A DNA stretch of 64,000 bases from Spirochaetia bacterium (GTDB lineage Bacteria > Spirochaetota > Spirochaetia > SZUA-6 > Bin103), in contig CBDATQ010000001.1 in the NCBI GenBank assembly GCA_965199955.1, positions 928,001 to 992,000 of the forward strand, written 5' to 3'. Positions 42,676 to 51,326 of the stretch are shown one piece after another (the stretch's first letter is position 1; every line of letters begins with the position of its first letter). Made by a program: the position numbers and the translations under genes. The notes beneath the pieces are model-generated. The model was not told the origin of the DNA and did no database searches. It saw nothing but the letters and a program-made list of their open reading frames with translations.

Positions 42676-44778
42676 ATGGCCGAGGCACTTCCTTTCAGGA
42701 CCGCGCCGCACCCGTTTCCGGTCGGCACCGAGTACTACCGTGCGCCGATGCCGCCGCAGGAGTTCTGGGACCGGGACTTCGCGGCGATCCGCGCCGCGGG
42801 CATGCGCATCGTGCGCACCTTCTCCTACTGGAACTGGATGGAGCCGGCGCCCGGCCGCTTCGAGCTGGACGACTTCGACCGCTTCTTCGAGCAGGCCGCC
42901 CGTCACGACCTGCTGGTCTGGTTCGACCTGACGCTGGCCACTCACGGGGCGTGCCCGGACTGGCTGTTGCGCGAGCACCCCGACATCCGCCAGGTGCGGC
43001 CCGACGGGACGCCCCTGCATCCCGACTCCACCAACGCCATGCCGCAGGGAAGGATGATCCACTGCTACGACCATCCGAAGTGGCGGGAGTACGGCGAGCG
43101 GCTGCTGCGCACCGTGGTGGGACGCTACCGCGACCGCGAGAACCTGCTGATCTGGGGCGTATGGGACGGCGCGTCGTTTCCGACGACCGACGGCCCCGTC
43201 TGTCCCTGCTACTGCGCCAGCACCCTTGCCCGCTACGCCGCGTGGCTCAAGCGCCGCTACACCCTGGAGCAGCTCAACGAGCGGCTGCACCGCCGCTACC
43301 GCTGCTGGGAGGACGTGGCGCCGCCGCGCAACTCCCGCAACGTGGTGGAGATACTGCTCTACCGGCAGTTCCACGTGGAGAACCTGGCCGAGGCGCTGCG
43401 CTGGCAGGTGCAGGTGATCCGGGAGCTGGACGACCGCCACGAGTTGCGTGCGCACGGCGCGAACATGCCGCGCCCCTTCGACCAGTCCTGCGCGCGCGAG
43501 GTGGACAGTTGGGGCATGTCCATGCCCTCCAACGAGCTGCTGACGGGGCCCGACCCCTTGCGGATCGCCGAACGCTGCTTCAGCTTCGACTGGTCGCGCG
43601 CCATCGGCCGCGGCGGCCGCTGGTGGAACGAGGAGATCTACGCCGGCATGAGCCCGGCCGGCGTCACCTGGAAGCCGCAGTCGCACCCCGCGGAGGTGAC
43701 CTCGCTCCTGTGGCTGAGCCTCATCCACGGCGCCGCCGGGGCGATGTTCTGGCAGTACACGCCGGAGTACCTGAGCTTCGAGGCGCCGGGCTACTGCCTG
43801 ACCGCGCCGGACCGGGCGCCGACCGGACGCCTGCATGCCGTGCGCCGGGCGCTCGCGGACATCGACCGCATCGCCTGCCACCTGCCGCTGCACGTCCCGG
43901 ACCCCGCGGCGGGGGGCGCGGAGGTGGCAATCCTCTACAGCGGCCCGAGCGCGGAGATCTTCCTCTACAACGGCGAGCAGCAGAGCTACCTCGACGGTCT
44001 CCTGGGTCTCTACCGCACGCTGTGGGCGCACGGTATCCCGGCCGACGTGATCACCAGCGAGCATGACTGGTCCCCGTACCGCGTGGTCTGGCTGCCGAAC
44101 ACGGCGCTGCTGGACGCGGCGACGGTGGAGCGGGTCGCCGGTGCCGTGGCGCGGGAGGCGGGGCCGTGCGTGGTGGCGGACGGCAACCTGGGCTCCTACG
44201 CGGAGAACGGCCGCTTCAGCTACGCGCCGCCGGAAGGCTTGGCCGAGCTGCTGGGCGTTCGCGTCGCCGATTACGACCGTTTCACGCCGGGACGCGCCGG
44301 CAGCGGCGTGCTGTCGGGCGCGTTCGGGCACCTGGTCGTCCCGGAGCCGGTCGGCCACGCGATCCTGGAGCCGGCCGGGGACAGCCGCGTGCTGGCCAGG
44401 CTGGACGGCGCCGTGGTCGGCGTGGAGCGCGCCGACCGCCGCCTGGCGTGGCTCGCCCTGTCGCCGGCGACCGCGTTCGGCGGCACGATGCCCGCATCGC
44501 TGGTGCTGCCGATGCTCGCCTGCCGCGGGGTGCGCCCACCGGTCGCGGTCGCAGGCGATCGCATTGTGCCGCTGCGGCGCCGTTCGCTGACCGGCCGGGA
44601 CCTGCTGTTCCTGCTCAACCCCTCCCTGCGGCACGCCTCCGGGCGGGTCACGCCGTCGTGGCCGATCACGCGCGCCATCGACCTGCTCGCCGCGCACGAC
44701 GGGGATCTGGAGGTCGCCGCGGGCGGCTTCGACCTGGCGTTCGAGCCGGGTTCGGTGCGCGTGGTGTCCGTCGATTGA
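42676..44778 (+). CDS. GH42-like beta-galactosidase family protein
   Basis: GTEYY, WNWMEPAPGRF, CYDHP, CYC, trimerisation-like C-terminal domain. Confidence 0.8.
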   Translation: MAEALPFRTAPHPFPVGTEYYRAPMPPQEFWDRDFAAIRAAGMRIVRTFSYWNWMEPAPGRFELDDFDRFFEQAARHDLLVWFDLTLATHGACPDWLLREHPDIRQVRPDGTPLHPDSTNAMPQGRMIHCYDHPKWREYGERLLRTVVGRYRDRENLLIWGVWDGASFPTTDGPVCPCYCASTLARYAAWLKRRYTLEQLNERLHRRYRCWEDVAPPRNSRNVVEILLYRQFHVENLAEALRWQVQVIRELDDRHELRAHGANMPRPFDQSCAREVDSWGMSMPSNELLTGPDPLRIAERCFSFDWSRAIGRGGRWWNEEIYAGMSPAGVTWKPQSHPAEVTSLLWLSLIHGAAGAMFWQYTPEYLSFEAPGYCLTAPDRAPTGRLHAVRRALADIDRIACHLPLHVPDPAAGGAEVAILYSGPSAEIFLYNGEQQSYLDGLLGLYRTLWAHGIPADVITSEHDWSPYRVVWLPNTALLDAATVERVAGAVAREAGPCVVADGNLGSYAENGRFSYAPPEGLAELLGVRVADYDRFTPGRAGSGVLSGAFGHLVVPEPVGHAILEPAGDSRVLARLDGAVVGVERADRRLAWLALSPATAFGGTMPASLVLPMLACRGVRPPVAVAGDRIVPLRRRSLTGRDLLFLLNPSLRHASGRVTPSWPITRAIDLLAAHDGDLEVAAGGFDLAFEPGSVRVVSVD

Positions 44779-44810
44779 GGTCGATGGATCGACTGAATCG
44801 GTAGCCCGGC

Positions 44811-44843
44811 TTAACCGTCGATTAACGTCGTATGAATGACGTT
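44811..44843. promoter_or_regulatory. Candidate operator upstream of the ABC exporter operon
   Basis: Near-direct repeat TTAACCGTCG / TTAACGTCG and inverted repeat AACGTC-N8-GACGTT in an AT-rich spacer. Confidence 0.3.
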
Positions 44844-44888
44844 CGCGCCAGGTAGCCTGTTGTTCGGGGCCGGCCCTACATTCGGGGC

Positions 44889-45596
44889 ATGCCCGCCGTA
44901 TCGATCTCCGACGTACGCAAGATCTATCCGCTCGGCAAGACGGAGGTTCATGCCGTCAACGGCGTGAGCTTCGAGATCGATGAGGGGGACTTCGTCTCCA
45001 TCGCCGGGCCGTCCGGGTCCGGCAAGACCACGATCCTGAACATGATCGGCTGCATCGACACCCCCACGTCGGGGACCGTGCGCGTCATGGAAACCGATAC
45101 GGCCGGCCTGACCGACCGCGCGGTGACCGACCTCCGCCACCAGGTGCTAGGCTTCATCTTCCAGTCGTTCAACCTGATCCCGGTGCTGGACGTGACCGAG
45201 AACGTGGAGTTCCCGCTGCTGATCGGCCACGCACGGGTGCCGAAGGCGCAACGGGCCGACTGGGTCCGCTACCTGATCGACGCCGTGGGGCTGGACGAGC
45301 ACCGCGACCACCGCCCCGCCGAGCTGTCCGGCGGCCAGCGCCAGCGGGTGGCGATCGCCCGTGCCCTGGCCAACAAGCCGCGCATCGTGCTGGCCGACGA
45401 GCCGACCGCCAACCTCGACTCGGAGACCAGCGAGCAGATCATCGAGTTGATGAAGCGCATGAACGCGGAGCTCGGCACGACGTTCATCTTCTCCACCCAC
45501 AAGCCGGCGATCGTCGACATCGCCGACCACGTCATCCGTCTGCGCGACGGAGTGATCACCGCGGATTTCAGGACGGAAGCGGAGCCCGCGGCGTGA
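44889..45596 (+). CDS. ABC ATPase, LolD/MacB type
   Basis: GPSGSGKT, LSGGQRQRV, DEPTANLD. Confidence 0.95.
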   Translation: MPAVSISDVRKIYPLGKTEVHAVNGVSFEIDEGDFVSIAGPSGSGKTTILNMIGCIDTPTSGTVRVMETDTAGLTDRAVTDLRHQVLGFIFQSFNLIPVLDVTENVEFPLLIGHARVPKAQRADWVRYLIDAVGLDEHRDHRPAELSGGQRQRVAIARALANKPRIVLADEPTANLDSETSEQIIELMKRMNAELGTTFIFSTHKPAIVDIADHVIRLRDGVITADFRTEAEPAA

Positions 45597-47065
45597 GCGT
45601 CGTCTGGCGCATCGCGGTCCGCAACCTGCAGGAGCACCGCGCCAAGAGCCTGATCGTCGGCACGATCATCCTGATCGGCACCTTCGTGCTGGTGGTGGGC
45701 AACTCGCTGATGGACTCGGCCGCTGCCGGCATCCGGCGGTCGTTCATCGACAACTTCACCGGCCACCTGGTGCTGGCCGGCGTCGCGGACGCGCCGGTCA
45801 GCCTGTTCGGCGTCCGCAGCACCGACTTCCTCAACAACCGCACCCCGCGCCTGGACGGCTACGAGCAGCTCCTGCAGGCGGTCGCCGACCACCCGGACGT
45901 AACCGCCTGGAGCCCGCAGGCGAGCGACGCCGCCACCGTGAACCTGGCGGGAGAGGACGGGACGTCGCTCGGGGAGTCGTTCACGCAGCTCTGGGGCATC
46001 GAGCCGGCGCGCTACCGGGAGGCGTTCCCGGACGCGGCCGAGCTGATCGCGGGCTCGCTCCTGGAGCCGGACCAGGTGGGGCTGGTCCTGTCGGAGGAGG
46101 TCGCCACCGACCTCGGCGAATCGGCCGAACGGGAGATCCGCCCCGGCGACCGCCTGCTGCTGACGGCCACCACGGACGCTGGCATCAAGGTGCGCGAGGT
46201 GCCGGTCACCGGCATCTTCCGGTTCCGCAACGCCCTGCCACAACTCGACTTCGTGTCGTTCGTGGACATCACGACCCTGCGCACGCTGACCGGCATGACC
46301 GTGTCGGCACCGGCGGAGCAGATCCTGACCGACGAGCAGGTCGCGCAGCTCGGCGCCGTGGACGAGGACGACCTGTTCGGGGGCGGGGACGCGGGCAGCC
46401 TGGTGGAGAAGGTCTCCACCGGCATGGACGCGCCGGTGCTGCTGGACCTCGGCGGACGCGAGGAGACCGTGGTCGACTCCGGCGCCTGGCACTTCCTGCT
46501 GCTCAAGCTGCGCCGTCCGGGGGCGGCCGAGCGCGTGACCGGGGATCTGGAGCGGCTCATCGCCGAGGGCGACCTCAACGCGCAGGTGCTGGACTGGCGC
46601 ACGGCCGGCGCGCCGGTGTCGCAGCTCTCCGACGGGTTCAAGATCGTCTTCAACGTCGTGATCATCGTCATCGCCGTGGTCGCCGTGATCATCATCATGA
46701 ACACGCTGGTGATCTCGGTGACCGAGCGCATCAGCGAGATCGGCACCATGCGCGCGATCGGCGCGCGCAAGGGGTTCGTGCGGCGCATGATCGGCGCGGA
46801 GACGATCACGGTGGCATTCGTCTTCGGCGCCGCCGGCGTCCTGCTCGGGCTGGTGCTCCTGTTCATCCTGGGCGCCACCGGCATCCCCGCCTCCAACCTG
46901 TTCCTGCGCATCCTGTTCGGGGGCGAGGTGCTCAGGCCCGAAATCTCGCCCGGCTCGGTGGCGTTTTCGCTGGTCATGGTCGCGGCGATCGCCCTGGTCT
47001 CGAGCCTGTATCCGCTCGCGGTCGCGCTGCGCGTCTCGCCGCGGCAGGCGATGGGCGTCGACTGA
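45593..47065 (+). CDS. FtsX/MacB-like ABC permease
   Basis: ERISEIGTMRAIGA; one N-terminal and three C-terminal TM segments. Confidence 0.9.
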   Translation: MSVVWRIAVRNLQEHRAKSLIVGTIILIGTFVLVVGNSLMDSAAAGIRRSFIDNFTGHLVLAGVADAPVSLFGVRSTDFLNNRTPRLDGYEQLLQAVADHPDVTAWSPQASDAATVNLAGEDGTSLGESFTQLWGIEPARYREAFPDAAELIAGSLLEPDQVGLVLSEEVATDLGESAEREIRPGDRLLLTATTDAGIKVREVPVTGIFRFRNALPQLDFVSFVDITTLRTLTGMTVSAPAEQILTDEQVAQLGAVDEDDLFGGGDAGSLVEKVSTGMDAPVLLDLGGREETVVDSGAWHFLLLKLRRPGAAERVTGDLERLIAEGDLNAQVLDWRTAGAPVSQLSDGFKIVFNVVIIVIAVVAVIIIMNTLVISVTERISEIGTMRAIGARKGFVRRMIGAETITVAFVFGAAGVLLGLVLLFILGATGIPASNLFLRILFGGEVLRPEISPGSVAFSLVMVAAIALVSSLYPLAVALRVSPRQAMGVD

Positions 47066-48405
47066 TGCGCAGCCTGCTCCGCATCGCCTTCCGCAACACC
47101 GGCCGCCAGAAGAAGCGCACCCTGCTGCTGGCCGGCGCGATCGCGTTCGGCGTGGTCGTGGTGACCCTGCTCAACGGGTTCACCGGCGGGGCGTCGCGCA
47201 ACATCGAGCGGGTGCTCACCGACCTGATCGGCGGCCACGTGTACGTCAGCGGCACGGAGCTCACCGACTCGCGGCTGATCATCAACGTCATCCGCGATTG
47301 GGAGGGCGGAGACTCGTCGCTCGCGGACGTGGTCGCCGAGGTGGAGGGACAGATCGCCGATCTGAACCGGCGCAGCCGTACGCTCGGGACGCTGATCTTC
47401 GGCTCCAAGCAGACCAACCAGTTCCTCGACGGCGTGGACTGGCACGGCGAGGCGAGCTTCTTTCCGAGCCTGTCGCTGACGGCCGGATCGCTGCCGGGTC
47501 CGGACGAGCGCAACGCGCTGATCCTGCCGGAGGCCGCCGCCGAGCGGCTGCGCGTCGAGGTCGGCGACCAGGTCCTGGTGCGCGTCGCCACGGTCACCGG
47601 CCAGCAGAACGTCGGCGAGCTGGTGCTGGCCGCCACCATCGAGGACTCCGGGATCACGGCCTTCTCCTCGGCTTTCGTCCGCCTGGACTACATGGGCGAG
47701 CTGATCGGCACCGGCGCCGGCGAGTTCCAGGTCCTGAACCTGTACCTGCGCGACCCGCGGCAGGCGAACCGCGTGGCCGAGGTGCTGCGCGCGCGGCTGC
47801 CGACCGCTCCGGAAGACGAGCAGGAAGAGGTGAGCGGACAGCCGCCGGGGACTCCCGGGGCGCTCGGCGCGGGCGTCAACCGGCTGGCCGACGACGAGGA
47901 GCCGTGGGAGGGCACGCGCTACGAGATCACGACCCTGGACGACATCCTGGATCAGGTCTCGGACCTGTTCGGCGTGCTGGACATCGTCAGCCTGGTGGTG
48001 TTCCTGATCCTGCTGACGATCACCATGGTCGGGGTCGTCAACACGTTCCGGATGGTGCTGCTGGAGCGCATCCGGGAGATCGGCACCATGCGCGCCGTCG
48101 GCATGCAGGGCCGCTCGGTGCGCGGCATCTTCCTCATGGAGGCCGGCTTCATCGGCCTGATCGGCGCGCTCATCGGGCTGGTGCTGGCCGGCATCGCCAT
48201 GCTGGTCCTGGGCCAGCTCACCCTGGACACCGACTCGCCGCTGCAGTTCTTTCTGAACGACGGCCGGATCACCTTCGCGGTGCCGCCCCGGTCGGTGGTC
48301 ACCAACGTGGCGATCCTGCTGGTCCTGAGCCTGCTTGCCGCCTTCATTCCCGCGCGCCGCGCGGCCCGCATGGAGCCGGCGGCGGCGCTGCGAAGCTCGG
48401 CATGA
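47065..48405 (+). CDS. FtsX/MacB-like ABC permease
   Basis: ERIREIGTMRAVG, PARRAARMEP. Confidence 0.9.
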   Translation: MRSLLRIAFRNTGRQKKRTLLLAGAIAFGVVVVTLLNGFTGGASRNIERVLTDLIGGHVYVSGTELTDSRLIINVIRDWEGGDSSLADVVAEVEGQIADLNRRSRTLGTLIFGSKQTNQFLDGVDWHGEASFFPSLSLTAGSLPGPDERNALILPEAAAERLRVEVGDQVLVRVATVTGQQNVGELVLAATIEDSGITAFSSAFVRLDYMGELIGTGAGEFQVLNLYLRDPRQANRVAEVLRARLPTAPEDEQEEVSGQPPGTPGALGAGVNRLADDEEPWEGTRYEITTLDDILDQVSDLFGVLDIVSLVVFLILLTITMVGVVNTFRMVLLERIREIGTMRAVGMQGRSVRGIFLMEAGFIGLIGALIGLVLAGIAMLVLGQLTLDTDSPLQFFLNDGRITFAVPPRSVVTNVAILLVLSLLAAFIPARRAARMEPAAALRSSA

Positions 48406-48456
48406 GCTGCGCAGCACGGTCCCGTGGAAACGACTAACTTCTCTGGAGGAAACACC

Positions 48457-49218
48457 ATGACCATCCGACGTTTCGCGATAGCGTTCCTGTTCGCTGCCGG
48501 ACTGCTCACCGGCCCCGGCTTGCGGGCCACCGACGTCGACGTGCAGTCGCTGCTTGCCGAGATCGACCGGCAGCGCACCTTCGGCGACCAGGACTTCACG
48601 GCGGTCATGACCATGATTTCCGAAGACCCCGAGGACGGCGTCGAGCGCCTGGTCGTGCAGCAGTTCCGGCGGGATGCCGACGACGCGTTCCTGATCCTGT
48701 TCCGCGACCCGGCGGTCCAGCGCGGCCAGGGCTACCTGCGCCAGGGGGACAACCTGTGGTTCTACGATCCGGAGAGCCGCAAGTTCTCGCACACGTCGCT
48801 GAAGGAGGCGTTTCAAGGCACCGACGCGCGCAACTCCGACTTCGGCGAGGTCAGCTTCTCCGAGGACTACGCCGTGCGCGAGATCGACGAGGGTACGCTG
48901 GGCAAGTACGCGGTGTACGTGCTGGACCTGCAGGCGACCAGCGACGAGGTGACCTATCCGTTCCTGAAGGCGTGGGTCACGCGCGAGGGCAGCCTGGTGC
49001 TCAAGACCGAGGACTACAGCCTGACCGAGCGGCTGATGCGCACCTCCTTCTATCCGCGCTACGCCCGCGTCGGTGACTCGGTGGTGCCGACCGAGATGAT
49101 CTTCGTCGACGAGCTGGTCGAGGGAAAGAAGACGCGGATCAGCATGAGCGACCTGTCCGACGCGGCGATCCCGGACTCGGTGTTCACCAAGGCCTACGTC
49201 GAGCGGGCTAACCGGTGA
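48457..49218 (+). CDS. LolA-like outer-membrane lipoprotein-sorting protein
   Basis: Signal peptide, GQGYL..GDNLWFYDP, GTD..NSDF, IPDSVFT. Confidence 0.8.
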   Translation: MTIRRFAIAFLFAAGLLTGPGLRATDVDVQSLLAEIDRQRTFGDQDFTAVMTMISEDPEDGVERLVVQQFRRDADDAFLILFRDPAVQRGQGYLRQGDNLWFYDPESRKFSHTSLKEAFQGTDARNSDFGEVSFSEDYAVREIDEGTLGKYAVYVLDLQATSDEVTYPFLKAWVTREGSLVLKTEDYSLTERLMRTSFYPRYARVGDSVVPTEMIFVDELVEGKKTRISMSDLSDAAIPDSVFTKAYVERANR

Positions 49219-50624
49219 GCGTGCTCCTGCTCGCCCTGATCCTGGTCGCGGGCGCGGTGGGCGCGCAGACGATCGACGCCGATGAGAGTTCGACCGATGA
49301 GGTTTCGCTGTTCGGTTCCTCCGATGAGGAGCAAGGAGAGGAGGAGAGTCCGATCGACACCTCCGACCTGTTCGGCGGCGACGTGCTGGTCACCGAGGAC
49401 GCGGCCTCGGACGGAGCCGCCCTCGCGGCCGGTCCGCCGCCGGTCGAGATCGGCGGCTCGTACCGGTTCTCGCTGACCGGAGACGTGGCCTGGTCGTCGT
49501 TCGAGGAGCTGGCCGACGCGCCGCTGGAGCCGGAGTCGCACGGCGTCGGCGTCGACCTGGGCGCGACCGTGTTCCTGGACGCGCGGCCGGCGGACGACTT
49601 CCGCGTATTCGGCAAGATCGACCTGAGCTATCCGTTCACGACCGACGAGGACGCGCAGCCGCCCCGCGGCTTCGACGACATCGTCAGCGTCCGGGAGCTG
49701 TTCTCGGACTTCACGATCGGCGACGCGCTGTTCCTGCGCGGCGGCAAGCACACGATCGCCTGGGGGGTGGGGTACTTCTTCAGCCCGGCCGACGTGCTGA
49801 ACCTCACTTCCATCGACCCCGAGGACCCGGAAGCGGAACGCGAGGGGCCGGTGTCGCTGCGCGCCAACCTGCCGGTGGACTTCAACAATCTCTATCTCTA
49901 CGTGATCGCCGACCCCGGCGACGGCGGCGTGCAGCTCGCCGCCGCGCCCAAGGCGGAGTTCGTCGTGGGCGGCACCGAGATCGGCATCGGCGCCTTCTAC
50001 CACCGCGACCGGGTGCCGCGCGCCATGCTGACGCTGAGCACCAGCCTGCTGGACTTCGACCTGTTCGGGGAGCTGGAGGCCAGCCTGGGCTCGGACCGGC
50101 GCTTCGTGGAGCCGGCCGATCGCGGCCCCGACACCCCGCACGGGCTGCGCGCCGTGCGCAACACCGACGATCCGTTCGCGGCCGCCACCGGCGGGCTGCG
50201 GTACACCTACCGGCCCGAGGAAGGCGACTGGTCCGCGACCTTCGCCGGCCAGTACCTGTGGAACGGTGAAGGCTACGAGGACGCGGCGGTCCTGCGCGAC
50301 AACCGCCGCGGCGTCATGAAGCTGCTGGAGGCGGGCGACCTGAGCTTCGGCGACCTGGTCTACCCCGGCCGGCACTACGCGGCGGCGTCAGCCAGCGTCG
50401 GACTCGGCCGCACCGCGGACTGGTCGATGGGCGTGTTCTGGCTCTCCAACCTGAGCGACGGCTCGGCGCGGGTGTCGCCGTCGGTCACCTTCCGGCCGGC
50501 GGACCGGCTCACCCTGCGCGCCGCCGCCTCGGTCACCTATGGCGAAGAAGGGGCGGAGATGACTCCGTTCGGCACCCGCGTCGGCGCCTCCCTTACCGCC
50601 ACCCTCGGCTCAGGGAGATTCTGA
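49215..50624 (+). CDS. Putative outer-membrane beta-barrel protein
   Basis: Signal peptide, acidic linker, GKHTIAWGVGYFFSPAD, alternating strands, C-terminal Phe. Confidence 0.6.
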   Translation: MSVLLLALILVAGAVGAQTIDADESSTDEVSLFGSSDEEQGEEESPIDTSDLFGGDVLVTEDAASDGAALAAGPPPVEIGGSYRFSLTGDVAWSSFEELADAPLEPESHGVGVDLGATVFLDARPADDFRVFGKIDLSYPFTTDEDAQPPRGFDDIVSVRELFSDFTIGDALFLRGGKHTIAWGVGYFFSPADVLNLTSIDPEDPEAEREGPVSLRANLPVDFNNLYLYVIADPGDGGVQLAAAPKAEFVVGGTEIGIGAFYHRDRVPRAMLTLSTSLLDFDLFGELEASLGSDRRFVEPADRGPDTPHGLRAVRNTDDPFAAATGGLRYTYRPEEGDWSATFAGQYLWNGEGYEDAAVLRDNRRGVMKLLEAGDLSFGDLVYPGRHYAAASASVGLGRTADWSMGVFWLSNLSDGSARVSPSVTFRPADRLTLRAAASVTYGEEGAEMTPFGTRVGASLTATLGSGRF

Positions 50625-50627
50625 GTA

Positions 50628-50647
50628 GTGGTACTTGATGTGGTACT
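50628..50647 (+). promoter_or_regulatory. Candidate HicB operator
   Basis: GTGGTACT direct repeat (50628 and 50640) just upstream of hicA. Confidence 0.4.
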
Positions 50648-50660
50648 ATGAACGATTGCA

Positions 50661-50915
50661 ATGCGAGGGAAGCACCGTCGCACGCTGGGCGACGTCCTCA
50701 GGAAGCCGCCCCCCGGTGGAATTCGATGGGAAGATCTCGTCGCCATGTTGCACGCGGCCGGCGTCGAGGTCACGCAGCGCTCCGGATCGCGGGTGGTGCT
50801 GAAGAGAGGCGCAGAACGGATCGTGGTGCATCGACCGCATCCGGAGCCGGAAGTGGGCCGAGCGACGGTGCGTGACATCGCCGCGTTCCTTGATGCCGTA
50901 GGAGTCAGGCCATGA
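50661..50915 (+). CDS. hicA: HicA toxin
   Basis: IRWEDL, GSRV, HRPHP. Confidence 0.85.
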   Translation: MRGKHRRTLGDVLRKPPPGGIRWEDLVAMLHAAGVEVTQRSGSRVVLKRGAERIVVHRPHPEPEVGRATVRDIAAFLDAVGVRP

Positions 50916-51244
50916 TGGAATACAGGGGGTATGCCGCCGAGATCGAATTCGATGGCTCTGTGGGTCGCCTGCACGGACGGGTCGTGAACAGTGGGGCGTA
51001 TCCGATCGCCACCTTCGAGGCGACCGACGTCGAGGGGCTGCGGAGGGAGTTTCAGCGCTCGATCGACGAGTATCTGGCTTCCTGCGCAGAAGACGGTGTC
51101 GAGCCACGGAAGCCTTTTTCGGGCAAGCTCAACGTGCGCTTGGGTCCGGAGTTGCACCAGCGACTGGCGCGCTCGGCGGCAGCGAGCGGCATGAGCCTGA
51201 ACGGTTGGATCCGGCAAGCGCTGGAGAAGAGCGTGACCGGGTGA
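50912..51244 (+). CDS. hicB: HicB antitoxin
   Basis: MEYRGY, SIDEYL, KPFSGKLNVR, SLNGWI. Confidence 0.9.
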   Translation: MMEYRGYAAEIEFDGSVGRLHGRVVNSGAYPIATFEATDVEGLRREFQRSIDEYLASCAEDGVEPRKPFSGKLNVRLGPELHQRLARSAAASGMSLNGWIRQALEKSVTG

Positions 51245-51286
51245 CGTGACGCGCGACGAAGCCTGCGCTCAGGCTCGGCGAGGACT

Positions 51287-51326
51287 TCGGTCACCTATGC
51301 CGAGGACGGGGCGGAGATGACCCCGT
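51287..51326 (+). repeat. Diverged 40-bp copy of 50529-50568
   Basis: TCGGTCACCTATG(G/C)CGA(A/G)GA(A/C)GGGGCGGAGATGAC(T/C)CCGT, 36/40 identical. Confidence 0.85.
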
